Assembly (NCBI GenBank): GCA_964446625.1
Contig: CAYUPH010000004.1
Span: forward strand, 7,838-71,837
Source of the DNA: an uncultured Candidatus Saccharibacteria bacterium
GTDB taxonomy: Bacteria; Patescibacteriota; Minisyncoccia; Phycocordibacterales; CAIRYW01
DNA: 64,000 bases
Direction of reading: 5' to 3'
The position numbers and the translations under genes are program-made. Every line of letters begins with the position of its first letter. Position 1 is the first letter of the stretch. A model generated the notes under the pieces. The model did not search any database, was not told the origin of the DNA, and saw nothing but the letters and a program-made list of their open reading frames with translations. Shown piece by piece: positions 18,390 through 28,371 of this stretch.

Positions 18390-18917
18390 TTATTTTTGTG
18401 CTTTTAATACCCAATTTCTTCCCCCAAAACAACATACTCTTTTCTTTCCTGCTTGAAGCATACTGATTGCCTTTGAAATATGCTTTTTTCTTGTTTCTTC
18501 ATTTTTAACTGCAACAAACCACAAAACCCAGTCCGCTTTTGCCTTCTCTGTTGTACTCTCCCAAGTGCCAAGAGCTTTTTGATTTTTAGACAGAGCTTGA
18601 AGCAAATCATTTGGTACAAGAACTTCTCTGTCTACCTCAAAAATTTCAACACTTATTTTTTCTCCTTCTTTGAGGCTCCCTAAAACTTTTGAAGAAGAAA
18701 AGATTTCAAGTGAAAGGGCTTTCCCTTCACTTTGAGCAATTTTTCCTTCAAAAACTGTACCTTCGGCTATCCCGAGGACATCGCTTTTCTTCTCTAATTT
18801 TTTTGCAATTTTTAAAGGAAGCGAAATACAAAATGAGACTGAATTTTTGACTGATTTTAGTTTTTCAACTTTTCCTACAAAAACAAAAGCTTCTGGGGTT
18901 TTACTCATAAAAACCAT
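18390..18917 (-). CDS. DUF1905 + YdeI/OmpD-associated family protein
   Basis: 175 aa; C-terminal ADWVLWFVAVKNEETRKKHISKAISMLQAGKK matches the YdeI (bacteriocin-protection) family signature. Confidence 0.55.
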   Translation of the reverse strand: MVFMSKTPEAFVFVGKVEKLKSVKNSVSFCISLPLKIAKKLEKKSDVLGIAEGTVFEGKIAQSEGKALSLEIFSSSKVLGSLKEGEKISVEIFEVDREVLVPNDLLQALSKNQKALGTWESTTEKAKADWVLWFVAVKNEETRKKHISKAISMLQAGKKRVCCFGGRNWVLKAQK

Positions 18918-18939
18918 TTTAGCACATTTTATCTCCCTT

Positions 18940-21159
18940 CTACTTCCACCAAATACCAGGTGAGTTTATTTTTTCGAGCAAAGCCCTTGTCTTTGGTCCG
19001 CAGTACCCAACCGCTGGAGCAATACTATTTTTCTGCTGAAAAGCTATAAGAGCAGTTTTTGTCTGAAGTCCAAACCAACCGGTTGGACCTGCGGGAATAT
19101 TAAATCCAAGAGAAATTAAAATCTGTTGTAACGCTTTTACATCCGCTCCACTACTTCCAAAAAGTAAATCTCGCGGTGGTAGAAGGGGCACATCATCTTT
19201 TTCTACAACTGGAGGAGTATCTTTAACTTTCTTTTTTGCTTTGCTTCCCGTACTTTGACTACGGCGCTCTTCTGCTGGCGAATCTTCCTCTTCAACTGGA
19301 GGATCTTCCTGGAGTTCGTATGCACCAAGGTCAGGTGCTGTGCCATAGATTCTATCTTCACCAGCATAATCATCTGCTGGCAAATTATCAAAAGCAAATC
19401 CCGCATTTATCACAAGTGAAGTAACTCCTGGTTCGTAGCTAACTCCCACATTTATGAGCGGATCAGAAGTAATCACATTGCTTTGAAAATAATTTGTGGT
19501 TATTCCATTTGTCGGTGAACATGTTGCAGTATCTCCTGTTAGACAAAACGCCTCAGGGACACTTCCCACTCTATTGTATTTAAAATTTACCTCACTCCAT
19601 GCTTCAAGATTAATTCCCACATCTCCACCTTGAGCTTCCCCATTGTCCCAAAAAATATTATTAAAAATATAATTAGCTCCCACCGCATCATTAAATCCAA
19701 AGTAGGCGCCTCCTCCCCCAGCGGCGCTATTGTTTATCACAGTGTTATGAAGAAAATCGATTCCTGCTCCCGCATCCTCTGTATAAAACTCAAAACCTCC
19801 TCCTTGAATTAGGGCACTATTTTCATCAAAAATATTGTTAACAACCCTTGCTTGATCTCCAATTTGAGCTAGAACAAGTCCGGCTCCACCTGCAGTTCCT
19901 CCCTCTGAGACATTTTGAATAAACTGATTCCCTTTTACCGAAAGCGTTCCGGCCATCTGAGAATATATATCAAGTCCTCCTCCACGCTCACCTGCAGTGT
20001 TGTCATGAAAGTTATTTTTGTAAACATTATGACTTTCTATATTTGCTCCAGCACCATCTGTTTGAATCATCACTCCCCCTCCTCTTCTGGCATTGTTATA
20101 TGCAATCGTATTGTCATGCATCTCAAGACCGTGGAGTGCGTAAACTTTTGCGCCACCTCCCACATCAGCCGAGTTTCCTGCCCCTTCAGTACCTAGCGTA
20201 TTGTATGCAACCGTTAGCAAACTACTTCCACCATCAATATCCGCCAGAAAACCTCCCCCTTCATTTCCTGATGCGTTTGAACTAAACTCATTTCCGAGAA
20301 TACTAATATTTTCACTATCTCCAAAACTCCTTGCATACACAGCTCCACCCGATCCATTTGCTTCATTTCCGGTGAAAGTGTTTCCCTCATCTTCGCTTCC
20401 GACAATTATGTCAGTATTTGTTCCACTTGCTGCAATATAAAGTGCACCTCCTTCGTCCCCCGCAATATTATTTTCAAAAATATTTTCCGTGAGGGTCATA
20501 TCTGAATCTCCTGTCACCATCGCCATATACGCTGCTCCTCCATCGCCTGCAGCATAGTTACCTCTAAAAGTATTTCCAGTAAGGTTTACAGGAAATGGAA
20601 CACCGAGAACAACTCCATAAATATAAAACCCCGACCCGTTGCCCGAATCTGCAAAGTTGTCGAGAAACATATTGTTCTCAATAGTTGCGTTTCCGAGAAG
20701 GTTTGTATTTATAATTACGAGTCCTCTTTGATTTTGTTCGAAATGGTTATCATGAATATTTATAGAGAAAGTTCCTCCATTGTCGTCTGACTCTATCCAA
20801 AGCCCTGCACCTCCAGATGCTTCTCTAAAAGTTATTTGGGACACTTCCACTCTTTCACCCGCTTCGATTTTAAGTGCATCCCCTCCTCCTGTGTTCCGGA
20901 TAAAAGTTGTACTCGTGCCTACACCTTGAATCGTGAGCGCATCAGGGAAATCACTATGATACAAAAATCCGTCTTCAGTATCATAGTTTCCTGCCTCAAG
21001 CATAATCACGTCATCATCAAAGTTTACACCCGCATTGTCGAGTGCTGCCTGAAACGAAGTAGCATCAAAAACTGTACTGATTGTTATTGCGCTCGCCTTC
21101 CCATATGAAAAAAGACTAAGTAAAATCAAAACTCCCGAAAATAGTATTTTCCTTAGCAT
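18940..21159 (-). CDS. secreted right-handed parallel beta-helix repeat protein with Pro-rich linker and C-terminal peptidoglycan-binding domain
   Basis: 739 aa; signal peptide; many N-N-I-F-x-x-N-x-A-x-x-G-G-A repeats typical of pectate-lyase-like beta-helix; ...EDPPVEEEDSPAEERR...PPVVEKDDVPLLPP linker; C-terminal GADVKALQQILISLGFNIPAGPTGWFGLQTKTALIAFQQKN PG_binding_1-like. Confidence 0.75.
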   Translation of the reverse strand: MLRKILFSGVLILLSLFSYGKASAITISTVFDATSFQAALDNAGVNFDDDVIMLEAGNYDTEDGFLYHSDFPDALTIQGVGTSTTFIRNTGGGDALKIEAGERVEVSQITFREASGGAGLWIESDDNGGTFSINIHDNHFEQNQRGLVIINTNLLGNATIENNMFLDNFADSGNGSGFYIYGVVLGVPFPVNLTGNTFRGNYAAGDGGAAYMAMVTGDSDMTLTENIFENNIAGDEGGALYIAASGTNTDIIVGSEDEGNTFTGNEANGSGGAVYARSFGDSENISILGNEFSSNASGNEGGGFLADIDGGSSLLTVAYNTLGTEGAGNSADVGGGAKVYALHGLEMHDNTIAYNNARRGGGVMIQTDGAGANIESHNVYKNNFHDNTAGERGGGLDIYSQMAGTLSVKGNQFIQNVSEGGTAGGAGLVLAQIGDQARVVNNIFDENSALIQGGGFEFYTEDAGAGIDFLHNTVINNSAAGGGGAYFGFNDAVGANYIFNNIFWDNGEAQGGDVGINLEAWSEVNFKYNRVGSVPEAFCLTGDTATCSPTNGITTNYFQSNVITSDPLINVGVSYEPGVTSLVINAGFAFDNLPADDYAGEDRIYGTAPDLGAYELQEDPPVEEEDSPAEERRSQSTGSKAKKKVKDTPPVVEKDDVPLLPPRDLLFGSSGADVKALQQILISLGFNIPAGPTGWFGLQTKTALIAFQQKNSIAPAVGYCGPKTRALLEKINSPGIWWK

Positions 21160-21207
21160 TACCTATAAAGTATAACAAAAGTTAAAAAAGAGAACGTGGG
21201 GATTCCT

Positions 21208-21531
21208 TTACTCTACCACTTCAATCGGGTAGACATCGGTCGCAGGTTCTTCGTAGGGGTGTACTGCTTTTATTGCCGCAAGAACGTCCTCAAGTTTCTC
21301 TGCTTCACAAACCGTTTCTATTCTTTCTTCTTCCACTTCTTCCAGTTTTCCCATTTGGCCAATTGTAGGGTTTGACCCTTCTCCTGGTTTAAAGCGTCCT
21401 GTTCCTTTTATTGAAAAAGTACAGTGTGTATAGTTTCCTATTTTTCCTGCTCCCGCTTTTCCAATCTCTTCCCTCAGAATATCAGCATGCGAAAGTGGAA
21501 CATACATTACAAGTTTGTATCGCTTTGCCAT
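21208..21531 (-). CDS. small PII/CutA-like fold protein (uncertain family)
   Basis: 107 aa; ends ...AIKAVHPYEEPATDVYPIEV similar to the HPYEVPE C-terminal motif of CutA/Nif3-insert PII-like proteins. Confidence 0.4.
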   Translation of the reverse strand: MAKRYKLVMYVPLSHADILREEIGKAGAGKIGNYTHCTFSIKGTGRFKPGEGSNPTIGQMGKLEEVEEERIETVCEAEKLEDVLAAIKAVHPYEEPATDVYPIEVVE

Positions 21532-21538
21532 AAAAAGA

Positions 21539-22537
21539 TTATTTTCCAGAGATATATTTTTTGTTTAGGTAGAAAGTGAAGTATCCAACACCCATCACAA
21601 GAAAGCCTGCGAGAATAAGAGCGAGTGACCAATCTATTGAATTTAAAAAGTATTTTGATGTCACTTTAAATGTGTGGGCCACAAGAAACACAGCGCCTAC
21701 TGCAAGCATAGCTCTACTTCGTATAAAGATACTTCCATAAAATGCTGCAAATATAAATCCAATGAATACAATATCAAACAAACCTCCAATCGCTATTCCT
21801 CCTCCAAGAATTGCCGTAGCGCCTAACCCATTAAATATCTCTCTTAGGAGTGAGCTATTACTACCTCTCACTCGTGCCAAAAACACATTGTCAAACCAAA
21901 AGCCAAGAGCGAGATAAACCACGCCGAGGATAATTGCTGCATACTTATAAATATCGAAATCATAGAGAGATAAGTCTCCTACTTTTGCAACTGCCGCCGA
22001 GTAACTCCAAGTAAAAAATGCAGTAGCAATGAAAACCAAAATCTCTTTTCTGTTTACAAAAAGTGCAGTTGAGTACATAACTCCAATCATAAGTCCTGTA
22101 AGCATATGAACCACAGGAGTTATTTTGATTCCAATCTCATCAAAAAGAATGAAAGCTCCTATCGGTGCCAAAATTGCAGAAACCATAAACAGAACACTCG
22201 AAAGTGTGCTTTGCTCTTCATCTTTTACAAAGAGAGCGACAACATATGTTCCAAATGACACACCAAGGGTGACAGCTATTCTCCCAATAAAACCAATATA
22301 ATTCCAGTTTTCAGTAATCATCACAATTACTCCAAGAAGGGCAACGATTCCTCCGATAAGATAAAAGACTTTTGTAAATCGAGATGAAGTGTTTTCTTCT
22401 GGGAGCGAAGCGCTCGCACTTTGAACCTTTGGTGTGGGTAGGGTATTTTCACCAAGAGTCTCTAAGATTTCCCCTTTTGAAACTACACCTGCACTTAATT
22501 GGGATTTTAAAAAAGCTAGAGTTTGTTCTTTATCCAT
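21539..22537 (-). CDS. integral membrane protein, N-terminal soluble segment + ~8 TM helices, unknown function
   Basis: 332 aa, highly hydrophobic after residue ~70. Confidence 0.6.
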   Translation of the reverse strand: MDKEQTLAFLKSQLSAGVVSKGEILETLGENTLPTPKVQSASASLPEENTSSRFTKVFYLIGGIVALLGVIVMITENWNYIGFIGRIAVTLGVSFGTYVVALFVKDEEQSTLSSVLFMVSAILAPIGAFILFDEIGIKITPVVHMLTGLMIGVMYSTALFVNRKEILVFIATAFFTWSYSAAVAKVGDLSLYDFDIYKYAAIILGVVYLALGFWFDNVFLARVRGSNSSLLREIFNGLGATAILGGGIAIGGLFDIVFIGFIFAAFYGSIFIRSRAMLAVGAVFLVAHTFKVTSKYFLNSIDWSLALILAGFLVMGVGYFTFYLNKKYISGK

Positions 22538-22543
22538 ATAATT

Positions 22544-23092
22544 TTATTTTACCCAACCAACTAGTCTAAAGTTACCGTAGTATGAATACCCATTCTCACC
22601 AACAATCCCTGGTAAATTCTTTTTTGCATTCCCTTTTGAAACCACATATCCATTTCTTCCGTTCGATCCGAAAATCTCAAAAATCCCATCATGGCTATAA
22701 TCATAAGTAACTACATACCCGTCTGGTGATGATGGTCCAGCATCATAAGAAAACTTTTGAGCATTCTCAAATGAAATTTCGTGAGAAGAATCTAGGTTTA
22801 CATCATAAAAATAAAGCTTTGGAATATCTCGCAGGGGAACAACATTGTCTCGAGGTGTAAGCGCCACTTTTACAATCTTTCCTTCTTTAACCTCGTAAGT
22901 ACTTTTGTACTCATTATTGTAAGCATAGTAATCAGTATTTTGAAAAACGTACACAAAGTTATGTGTAGGCTTTACAGAAAACGAAGGCAAAAGGACCGCA
23001 AGAGCTACCGCTCCTATAAAAATGAGAGGGAGCAAAATCGCAATAATAAGTGGCAAATGTTTGTTTTTCATAGTACAAACATTATACCACAT
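22544..23092 (-). CDS. membrane-anchored (N-terminal TM) extracytoplasmic protein, unknown
   Basis: 182 aa; single N-terminal TM (LPLIIAILLPLIFIGAVALAVLL), Tyr/Asn-rich ectodomain. Confidence 0.55.
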   Translation of the reverse strand: MWYNVCTMKNKHLPLIIAILLPLIFIGAVALAVLLPSFSVKPTHNFVYVFQNTDYYAYNNEYKSTYEVKEGKIVKVALTPRDNVVPLRDIPKLYFYDVNLDSSHEISFENAQKFSYDAGPSSPDGYVVTYDYSHDGIFEIFGSNGRNGYVVSKGNAKKNLPGIVGENGYSYYGNFRLVGWVK

Positions 23093-23140
23093 TAATAACC
23101 CTGAGTGCCTTCGACTTCGAAAATGTCTTTTGAGAGATAT

Positions 23141-23620
23141 TTATTCTCCCTTCCTTGCCGCATCAATTTTCGCAACATCAATTTTTTGCATCGTCATCAT
23201 TGCGTCGAACGCTCGCTTCGCTTCCTCCCCTCCAGCCACAAGCGCTTCAGTTAAAGTTTTTGGAGTTATTTGCCACGACACTCCCCACTTATCTTTGCAC
23301 CACCCGCATTCGCTTTCTTGTCCTCCATTTTGAACTATCGCATTCCAATACTTGTCAGTTTCCTCTTGGTCTTCTGTTGCAATCTGAAAAGAAAAAGCTT
23401 CAGTTTGCTTAAAAACGGGACCGCCGTTTAGTCCCATGCAAGGGATTCCACAGACTGTGAACTCAACCGTAAGAACATCTCCCTCTTTCCCTCCCGGAAA
23501 GTCGCTCGGTGCTTTAAAAACATTTATAAGTTTACTATTTGGAAAAGTAGCTTCGTAAAACTTCGCTGCCTCCTCCGCATCTTTTTCAAACCAAAGGCAA
23601 ATTGTATTTTTGTGTATCAT
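23141..23620 (-). CDS. PhnB-like / VOC superfamily protein (second paralog)
   Basis: 159 aa; ICLWFEKDAEEAAKFYEATF...ECGWCKDKWGVSWQITP; same family as 6325..6792. Confidence 0.7.
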   Translation of the reverse strand: MIHKNTICLWFEKDAEEAAKFYEATFPNSKLINVFKAPSDFPGGKEGDVLTVEFTVCGIPCMGLNGGPVFKQTEAFSFQIATEDQEETDKYWNAIVQNGGQESECGWCKDKWGVSWQITPKTLTEALVAGGEEAKRAFDAMMTMQKIDVAKIDAARKGE

Positions 23621-23679
23621 TTACCTATTGTAGCACAGGAAAGAAACCATTTTTAAAGCATGCACTCAAAAAATTAAAT

Positions 23680-24000
23680 TTATTTAACTTCGTACCCAAA
23701 TTCTTGAAGAACATTCATTAATTTTTTTCCACTAAATAAATTTCGAACTCGCACCATATCAATAGTTTGTTTATCTACACGATAATAAAATTCAACCCCT
23801 CGAAAGACTTTTTTTATTTCAGTAATATTTTCTTTCATTATTACAAACGAACCTCCTGGTAACAGAGTTCCTGGGCAAAAAAGTTTAATATACTCATTGC
23901 TAATCTCGATAGTAGCAAACGGCCAGCCTGATGAAACTAACACATTGGCACCATAAAAAGTAATCGAAGACGGACTAAATTGTATCAACTTTTTCTCCAT
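23680..24000 (-). CDS. hypothetical protein
   Basis: 106-aa ORF with no recognisable motif. Confidence 0.45.
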   Translation of the reverse strand: MEKKLIQFSPSSITFYGANVLVSSGWPFATIEISNEYIKLFCPGTLLPGGSFVIMKENITEIKKVFRGVEFYYRVDKQTIDMVRVRNLFSGKKLMNVLQEFGYEVK

Positions 24001-24039
24001 ATAATTATTATATCAAAATCGGTACAAATAACATGTTTT

Positions 24040-24741
24040 TTATATCTCCCCCTCCACCAACACAAGCAAATGGTCAGAGCCTTTCGAGCTACCCACCTCA
24101 AATGACATCCATTTTAAATCAGGGCTTACAAAAATATAATCAAGCTTTGTATCAATTTTTTGTGGTTTACAAACTGGACAGCCTTCGGGGTACACACTCC
24201 AAGTTGGAAGTCCTGCCACATCAGTATTAATATATTTTTCTTCCATCTTTGTAACTGGGTAGCTTCCTGGAACAGAATTAAAGTCCCCCATTACGATTCC
24301 TTTCTCTAATGGAAGAATTGTTGCTAAAGTATCCGCTTGCTCATTTTGAAGCGGAAGCGATTCTTGGTGTGTATGTTTCAAATGCACAGAAAAAACAGAG
24401 AGAACTTTTTCTCCAATTTGAATTTTTGCTTCCATAGCCCCTTTGCCTTTTCCCTCACGAAGCGGTCTCTCACTGGATTCTATAATCGGGTATTTACTAA
24501 ATATTCCTAGATTAAGCTTCACATGTTTTCCATTGTTATCTGTAAATTCAACATGAGGCATTACCACTCCTGCATACCCTTTGTTTTTCAAATATGTCAC
24601 GGTGTCTCGCGCAGGATCATTAACTACAATTTCTTGAAGAGCGATAATATCTGCGTCTGCCCCATCTAAAAACCTCACAACTTCACTAAAGTGACAGTCG
24701 TACCAAATATTCCATGATAATAGTTTGATTTTGTGTGGCAT
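24040..24741 (-). CDS. endonuclease/exonuclease/phosphatase (EEP) family protein
   Basis: 233 aa; KLLSWNIW...DADIIALQEI...VMGDFNS...SDHLLV: EEP catalytic landmarks. Confidence 0.8.
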   Translation of the reverse strand: MPHKIKLLSWNIWYDCHFSEVVRFLDGADADIIALQEIVVNDPARDTVTYLKNKGYAGVVMPHVEFTDNNGKHVKLNLGIFSKYPIIESSERPLREGKGKGAMEAKIQIGEKVLSVFSVHLKHTHQESLPLQNEQADTLATILPLEKGIVMGDFNSVPGSYPVTKMEEKYINTDVAGLPTWSVYPEGCPVCKPQKIDTKLDYIFVSPDLKWMSFEVGSSKGSDHLLVLVEGEI

Positions 24742-24750
24742 ACAGTTTGA

Positions 24751-25530
24751 TTAGTTTTGTTCTGGGTTAAATCCATAACACACCTGTATCTCTTCTTCGA
24801 GAGTGAAGTATGAACGATTCCCTAATTTTTGAGTCAGCACCCCTTTTACCTCACTCAAGAATTCTTTCTTGTCTTCTTCTGATAAAAGTTCATAAGTACC
24901 CGATGTGGTCTGAAGACCGACCCGCTCTTCTACTGTTGTGTTAAAAATTATTGGTATTCTTTCTGTTGAAACTTTTTCCAAACCGTTTTTATAAAAGAAG
25001 TTTGATATATATGTGAGGTCCCTAAGCTCAGAAGGTACTTTTACCCAGTTATATTTTCTGTAAATACTTGCTGGAATCTCATCTTCTTCTGGTATATCTT
25101 TTGTTGTTAGTGTCCAAAAGACGAAAAGTAATCCACCTGGTCGCAATACCCTTTTAATTTCAGATATCGCCCTCTCATTTACAAAAAAGTGAAAAGCGGT
25201 TCCGACAGTAACCACATCAAAATGACTGTCTGGAAACTGCAGATTTTCTACATCTGAAACTATGTAATCAATACTCAATTTTTTAAGCTGCGCCTGTTTC
25301 TTTGCCTCCTCAATCATGAGTGGATCATGGTCAGTGCCGGTTACTTTTAAACCAGTTTCCACTAAAGGTTCAGTAGACTTGCCTGTGCCGCAAGCTATAT
25401 CAAGGATACTGTTACTGCCTTTTGGGATTTGTTTTACCAACACATCAAAAAGCGCTTTGGGATAAGGCAGTCTGTATTTTGTATAGTTTGTTGCTTGGGA
25501 GCCAAACATTTTTTTGAATCTATCGAGCAT
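24751..25530 (-). CDS. class I SAM-dependent methyltransferase
   Basis: 259 aa; motif I ILDIACGTGKSTE, motif post-I ...VTGTDHD. Confidence 0.8.
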   Translation of the reverse strand: MLDRFKKMFGSQATNYTKYRLPYPKALFDVLVKQIPKGSNSILDIACGTGKSTEPLVETGLKVTGTDHDPLMIEEAKKQAQLKKLSIDYIVSDVENLQFPDSHFDVVTVGTAFHFFVNERAISEIKRVLRPGGLLFVFWTLTTKDIPEEDEIPASIYRKYNWVKVPSELRDLTYISNFFYKNGLEKVSTERIPIIFNTTVEERVGLQTTSGTYELLSEEDKKEFLSEVKGVLTQKLGNRSYFTLEEEIQVCYGFNPEQN

Positions 25531-25614
25531 TTTTATTTTAAAATTCTTTTATGTGAGGGTATTATAGCAGGAAATTAAGAAGAGGGTTTTCTTTATTCGA
25601 TTTAGAAATTAAAT

Positions 25615-25652
25615 ATTAAAAAAACTCCGGGAGGCATTACCCTCCAGGAGTC
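25615..25652 (-). terminator. rho-independent terminator of the PurM-like gene
   Basis: minus-sense: cgactcctggaggg-taatg-cctcccggagttttttt, 22 nt after the stop at 25674. Confidence 0.6.
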
Positions 25653-25673
25653 GTTCGGAAACAAGGAACTTTA

Positions 25674-26777
25674 TCATCGAACCGCCAGTGTCTCACCGGC
25701 ATATTCGATACCCTTCGGCCTGATCACGACTTTCTTGTCGCCGGCTTCGATGTGTCCGGCAACGAACGCTCGCAGACCGAGTTTCTTGGCGACGTCAATC
25801 ACTTGAGTTGCTTGAGCTTCGGTCACGTAGAGTGCAAACCCTGCACCCATGTTGAGGTTACCGTAGGCTTCAGTGTCATCGACCGGTCCATGCTGTTGCA
25901 GGAAGTCGAAGATCGGGAGCTGCTTCGGAAGCGTCTCGATGATATAGCTCCACGGATGCGTTGACCGCATAAGCTTGCGCCAGCCATGGCCGGTGACGTT
26001 CACCGCGTAGTGGATGTCCACTCCTGCGTTGATACAGTCTTCGACGAGGCCGACGTAGATGTGGGTCGGATCGAGAAGCGTTTCGCCATAGCTTCGGCCG
26101 TCGGAGAGTTTCGTGAGATACCCTTTCGGCAGCCCATCAGCAATCTTTCGCGCCAATGTGAGCCCATTAGCATGAATGCCAGAACTCTCGATAATGACAA
26201 TTGCGTCGCCGTGCTGAATTGGACCAGCAATGAGACGCTCCTTAGGTTCGACGATTCCCATCGCTGAACCAGAGAGAACAACCGTTCCCGGAATTACGAT
26301 ACCCCTTAGGGTCGGCGTTTCGCCTCCGCCCCAGGTGCAGCGTGCCAGATTGCATGCGTTCCCCCAACCCGTGACGAGGTCGCCCGTGCGGTTCGTGTCA
26401 TTGAACCAATCTGAAGTGCCACCTGCGACATGCATCGCCACTGACAGTGGCAGGGCTCCAACTGTAACCATGTCGTTAACAATCATCGCGACAGTGTCTT
26501 GTGCAATCTGATTGTAATACGACCTACCAGTCAGATCATACATTGCGTCCGCAACCAGGTTCTTAGTTCCGAGTCCTTCCTCGACATGAGCGAGGAAACC
26601 CCAGGGAGTTTCGATCAAGTAGGCACTTTCACCCCTCGATGGTGCGAATTCACAGAAGTCTCCACCGCCAAGGCGATTAATGTTTCCCGCAGTTCCCCGC
26701 GCAGCTTCCTGCGCTGCTACTTTGAAGGGGTCCATGGCACTGTAATTGACGCCAGTGCCTGCATAGGTCATTTTCAT
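25674..26777 (-). CDS. AIR-synthase-related (PurM-like) protein; compositionally foreign (GC ~55% vs ~38% background)
   Basis: 367 aa; PurM-like N- and C-domain organisation (…GGLGTKNLVADAMYD…IVNDMVTVGALPL…GGETPTL…VVLSGSAMGIV… HANGLTLARKI…VTGHGW…). Nucleotide composition is visibly GC-rich relative to both flanking genes. Confidence 0.75.
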   Translation of the reverse strand: MKMTYAGTGVNYSAMDPFKVAAQEAARGTAGNINRLGGGDFCEFAPSRGESAYLIETPWGFLAHVEEGLGTKNLVADAMYDLTGRSYYNQIAQDTVAMIVNDMVTVGALPLSVAMHVAGGTSDWFNDTNRTGDLVTGWGNACNLARCTWGGGETPTLRGIVIPGTVVLSGSAMGIVEPKERLIAGPIQHGDAIVIIESSGIHANGLTLARKIADGLPKGYLTKLSDGRSYGETLLDPTHIYVGLVEDCINAGVDIHYAVNVTGHGWRKLMRSTHPWSYIIETLPKQLPIFDFLQQHGPVDDTEAYGNLNMGAGFALYVTEAQATQVIDVAKKLGLRAFVAGHIEAGDKKVVIRPKGIEYAGETLAVR

Positions 26778-26960
26778 GATTGTTTTTCAAGTGAGCACAT
26801 TAAGCCGTGCTTTTGGCTCGCTGAAGATTTCAGCTCTATGGCAAGATTATTAGAAAATGGAGAATATTGCAACTAAATCATTGTAGATACTCACTAAAAA
26901 ATATTATTCCTTTTGTTTACGAGTAAATTGATAGAAAAAAGAAAATGACTTAGTATAAAT

Positions 26961-27743
26961 TTATTTTACTTTCAGCACATAGGTCTGTGCCATTGGTTCA
27001 ATATCATAATATCTTGCATGAGTCTCCTTATACTTATCGGAAACAGGTCTACAATCTTCAATTGTTTCAATCTCAAAATATTTATTAATAGTTTCTTTTA
27101 AAAATTCAGAGGTTTTATAGTAGTGGTAGAAAGTTCCATATTCTCCATTTTTCCCGTGATGGAATTCGTACCGCTCCCCGTTAGTCATATCCCTCCCAAC
27201 TTTTTTCAATTCGTATTTTGGGTTCAATGTTGTAAAGATATAATACGAGCCAGGTTTAAGGATTTTAGAAACATATGCCATATGTGCTGTGAAGTCTTCA
27301 AGAGACAAGTGCATCAGAAAGTTCCTCGATACACATAAATCCACTGACTGATTATCAAAGAGACCAAAATCTTTATCAATATGAGACTGTACAGAAGCAA
27401 TATTTTTAGGATTTCCTATATCATGAAAATAACGATTAGACTGATCAACAAGCTCCTCAGAACCCTCGACCCCAATATACAAAAGCGTATTGAAACGAGC
27501 ATGGTCAACATTGAAATTATTTTGAAATGCTGGTACGGAAGCTTTGTGCCCAAATAAAATCTGGATGCCCATAAGGTTAGTACCGCAACCAAAATCTACA
27601 ACTATTGATTTAGGGTGCTGGGAGAGAAAATTGAGTATGTGGGAATAAAGAGAGGGATTAATTACATAATCTAAACCAACATTACCTGCCTGCTCTAATT
27701 TTTCCCATAAACTCTCCCAATTCGTTTTTCCGTATTCATGCAT
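26961..27743 (-). CDS. class I SAM-dependent methyltransferase
   Basis: 260 aa; VVDFGCGTNLMG motif I. Confidence 0.7.
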   Translation of the reverse strand: MHEYGKTNWESLWEKLEQAGNVGLDYVINPSLYSHILNFLSQHPKSIVVDFGCGTNLMGIQILFGHKASVPAFQNNFNVDHARFNTLLYIGVEGSEELVDQSNRYFHDIGNPKNIASVQSHIDKDFGLFDNQSVDLCVSRNFLMHLSLEDFTAHMAYVSKILKPGSYYIFTTLNPKYELKKVGRDMTNGERYEFHHGKNGEYGTFYHYYKTSEFLKETINKYFEIETIEDCRPVSDKYKETHARYYDIEPMAQTYVLKVK

Positions 27744-27745
27744 AA

Positions 27746-28204
27746 TTATTTCTTTTCAGGGAGAAGATTCCACAACATATCAAACATGTCGATAAACACA
27801 TCAACAAGTACCGGGCTTTCAATCACTAACCCTAGCACAGTCTGATGAGGATTCATTATTAAGATCTTATCGTCTAAAATATCAATACTGCTCTTAAATT
27901 CATACGTATCAGGAACAGTCTTTACTTGACGATGTGGCAATGAAGCAACTTCGTACTTAAGACCATTTTCTTTAAAAATAACTTGTGTATCAACTGAGGC
28001 ATCATTCAATTTTTTTCTGAACTCTTGTAGAAATTCAGGGTTCACTGGAAGCCAATCCTCTATACTTGCGATTGCACGCCACTTTTTATATTTACCTACA
28101 TTCGAATTATAAAAACTTTCTAACTGATCTGATGTATTTAGTATCGAAATACCTTTCGACTCTTTCGAAGCTTGGTCGATAAGATTTTGTATTTGTTTAT
28201 CCAT
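27746..28204 (-). CDS. hypothetical protein
   Basis: 152 aa; 2-nt gap to the preceding methyltransferase gene (operon). Confidence 0.5.
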   Translation of the reverse strand: MDKQIQNLIDQASKESKGISILNTSDQLESFYNSNVGKYKKWRAIASIEDWLPVNPEFLQEFRKKLNDASVDTQVIFKENGLKYEVASLPHRQVKTVPDTYEFKSSIDILDDKILIMNPHQTVLGLVIESPVLVDVFIDMFDMLWNLLPEKK

Positions 28205-28371
28205 ATTCTTACATTCTAGCGTATTTATCGAATACCATATAATATTCCCAGCATCCTTTAATACTTTTCTAAATTACTGGTGTCTTTGAGCAAGAGCTGT
28301 TGTCGGTTAAGACTCTGCTTAGTTGATCTTGCTTTGTTTCGATTTACCAAAACAGTGCGCCTCGCCTGGAA

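Noticed and set aside
6325-23620. Two PhnB/VOC paralogs (6325..6792, 23141..23620) as a possible linked system
   Set aside because: Separated by 16 kb with unrelated neighbours; simple paralogy, nothing suggests a joint system.
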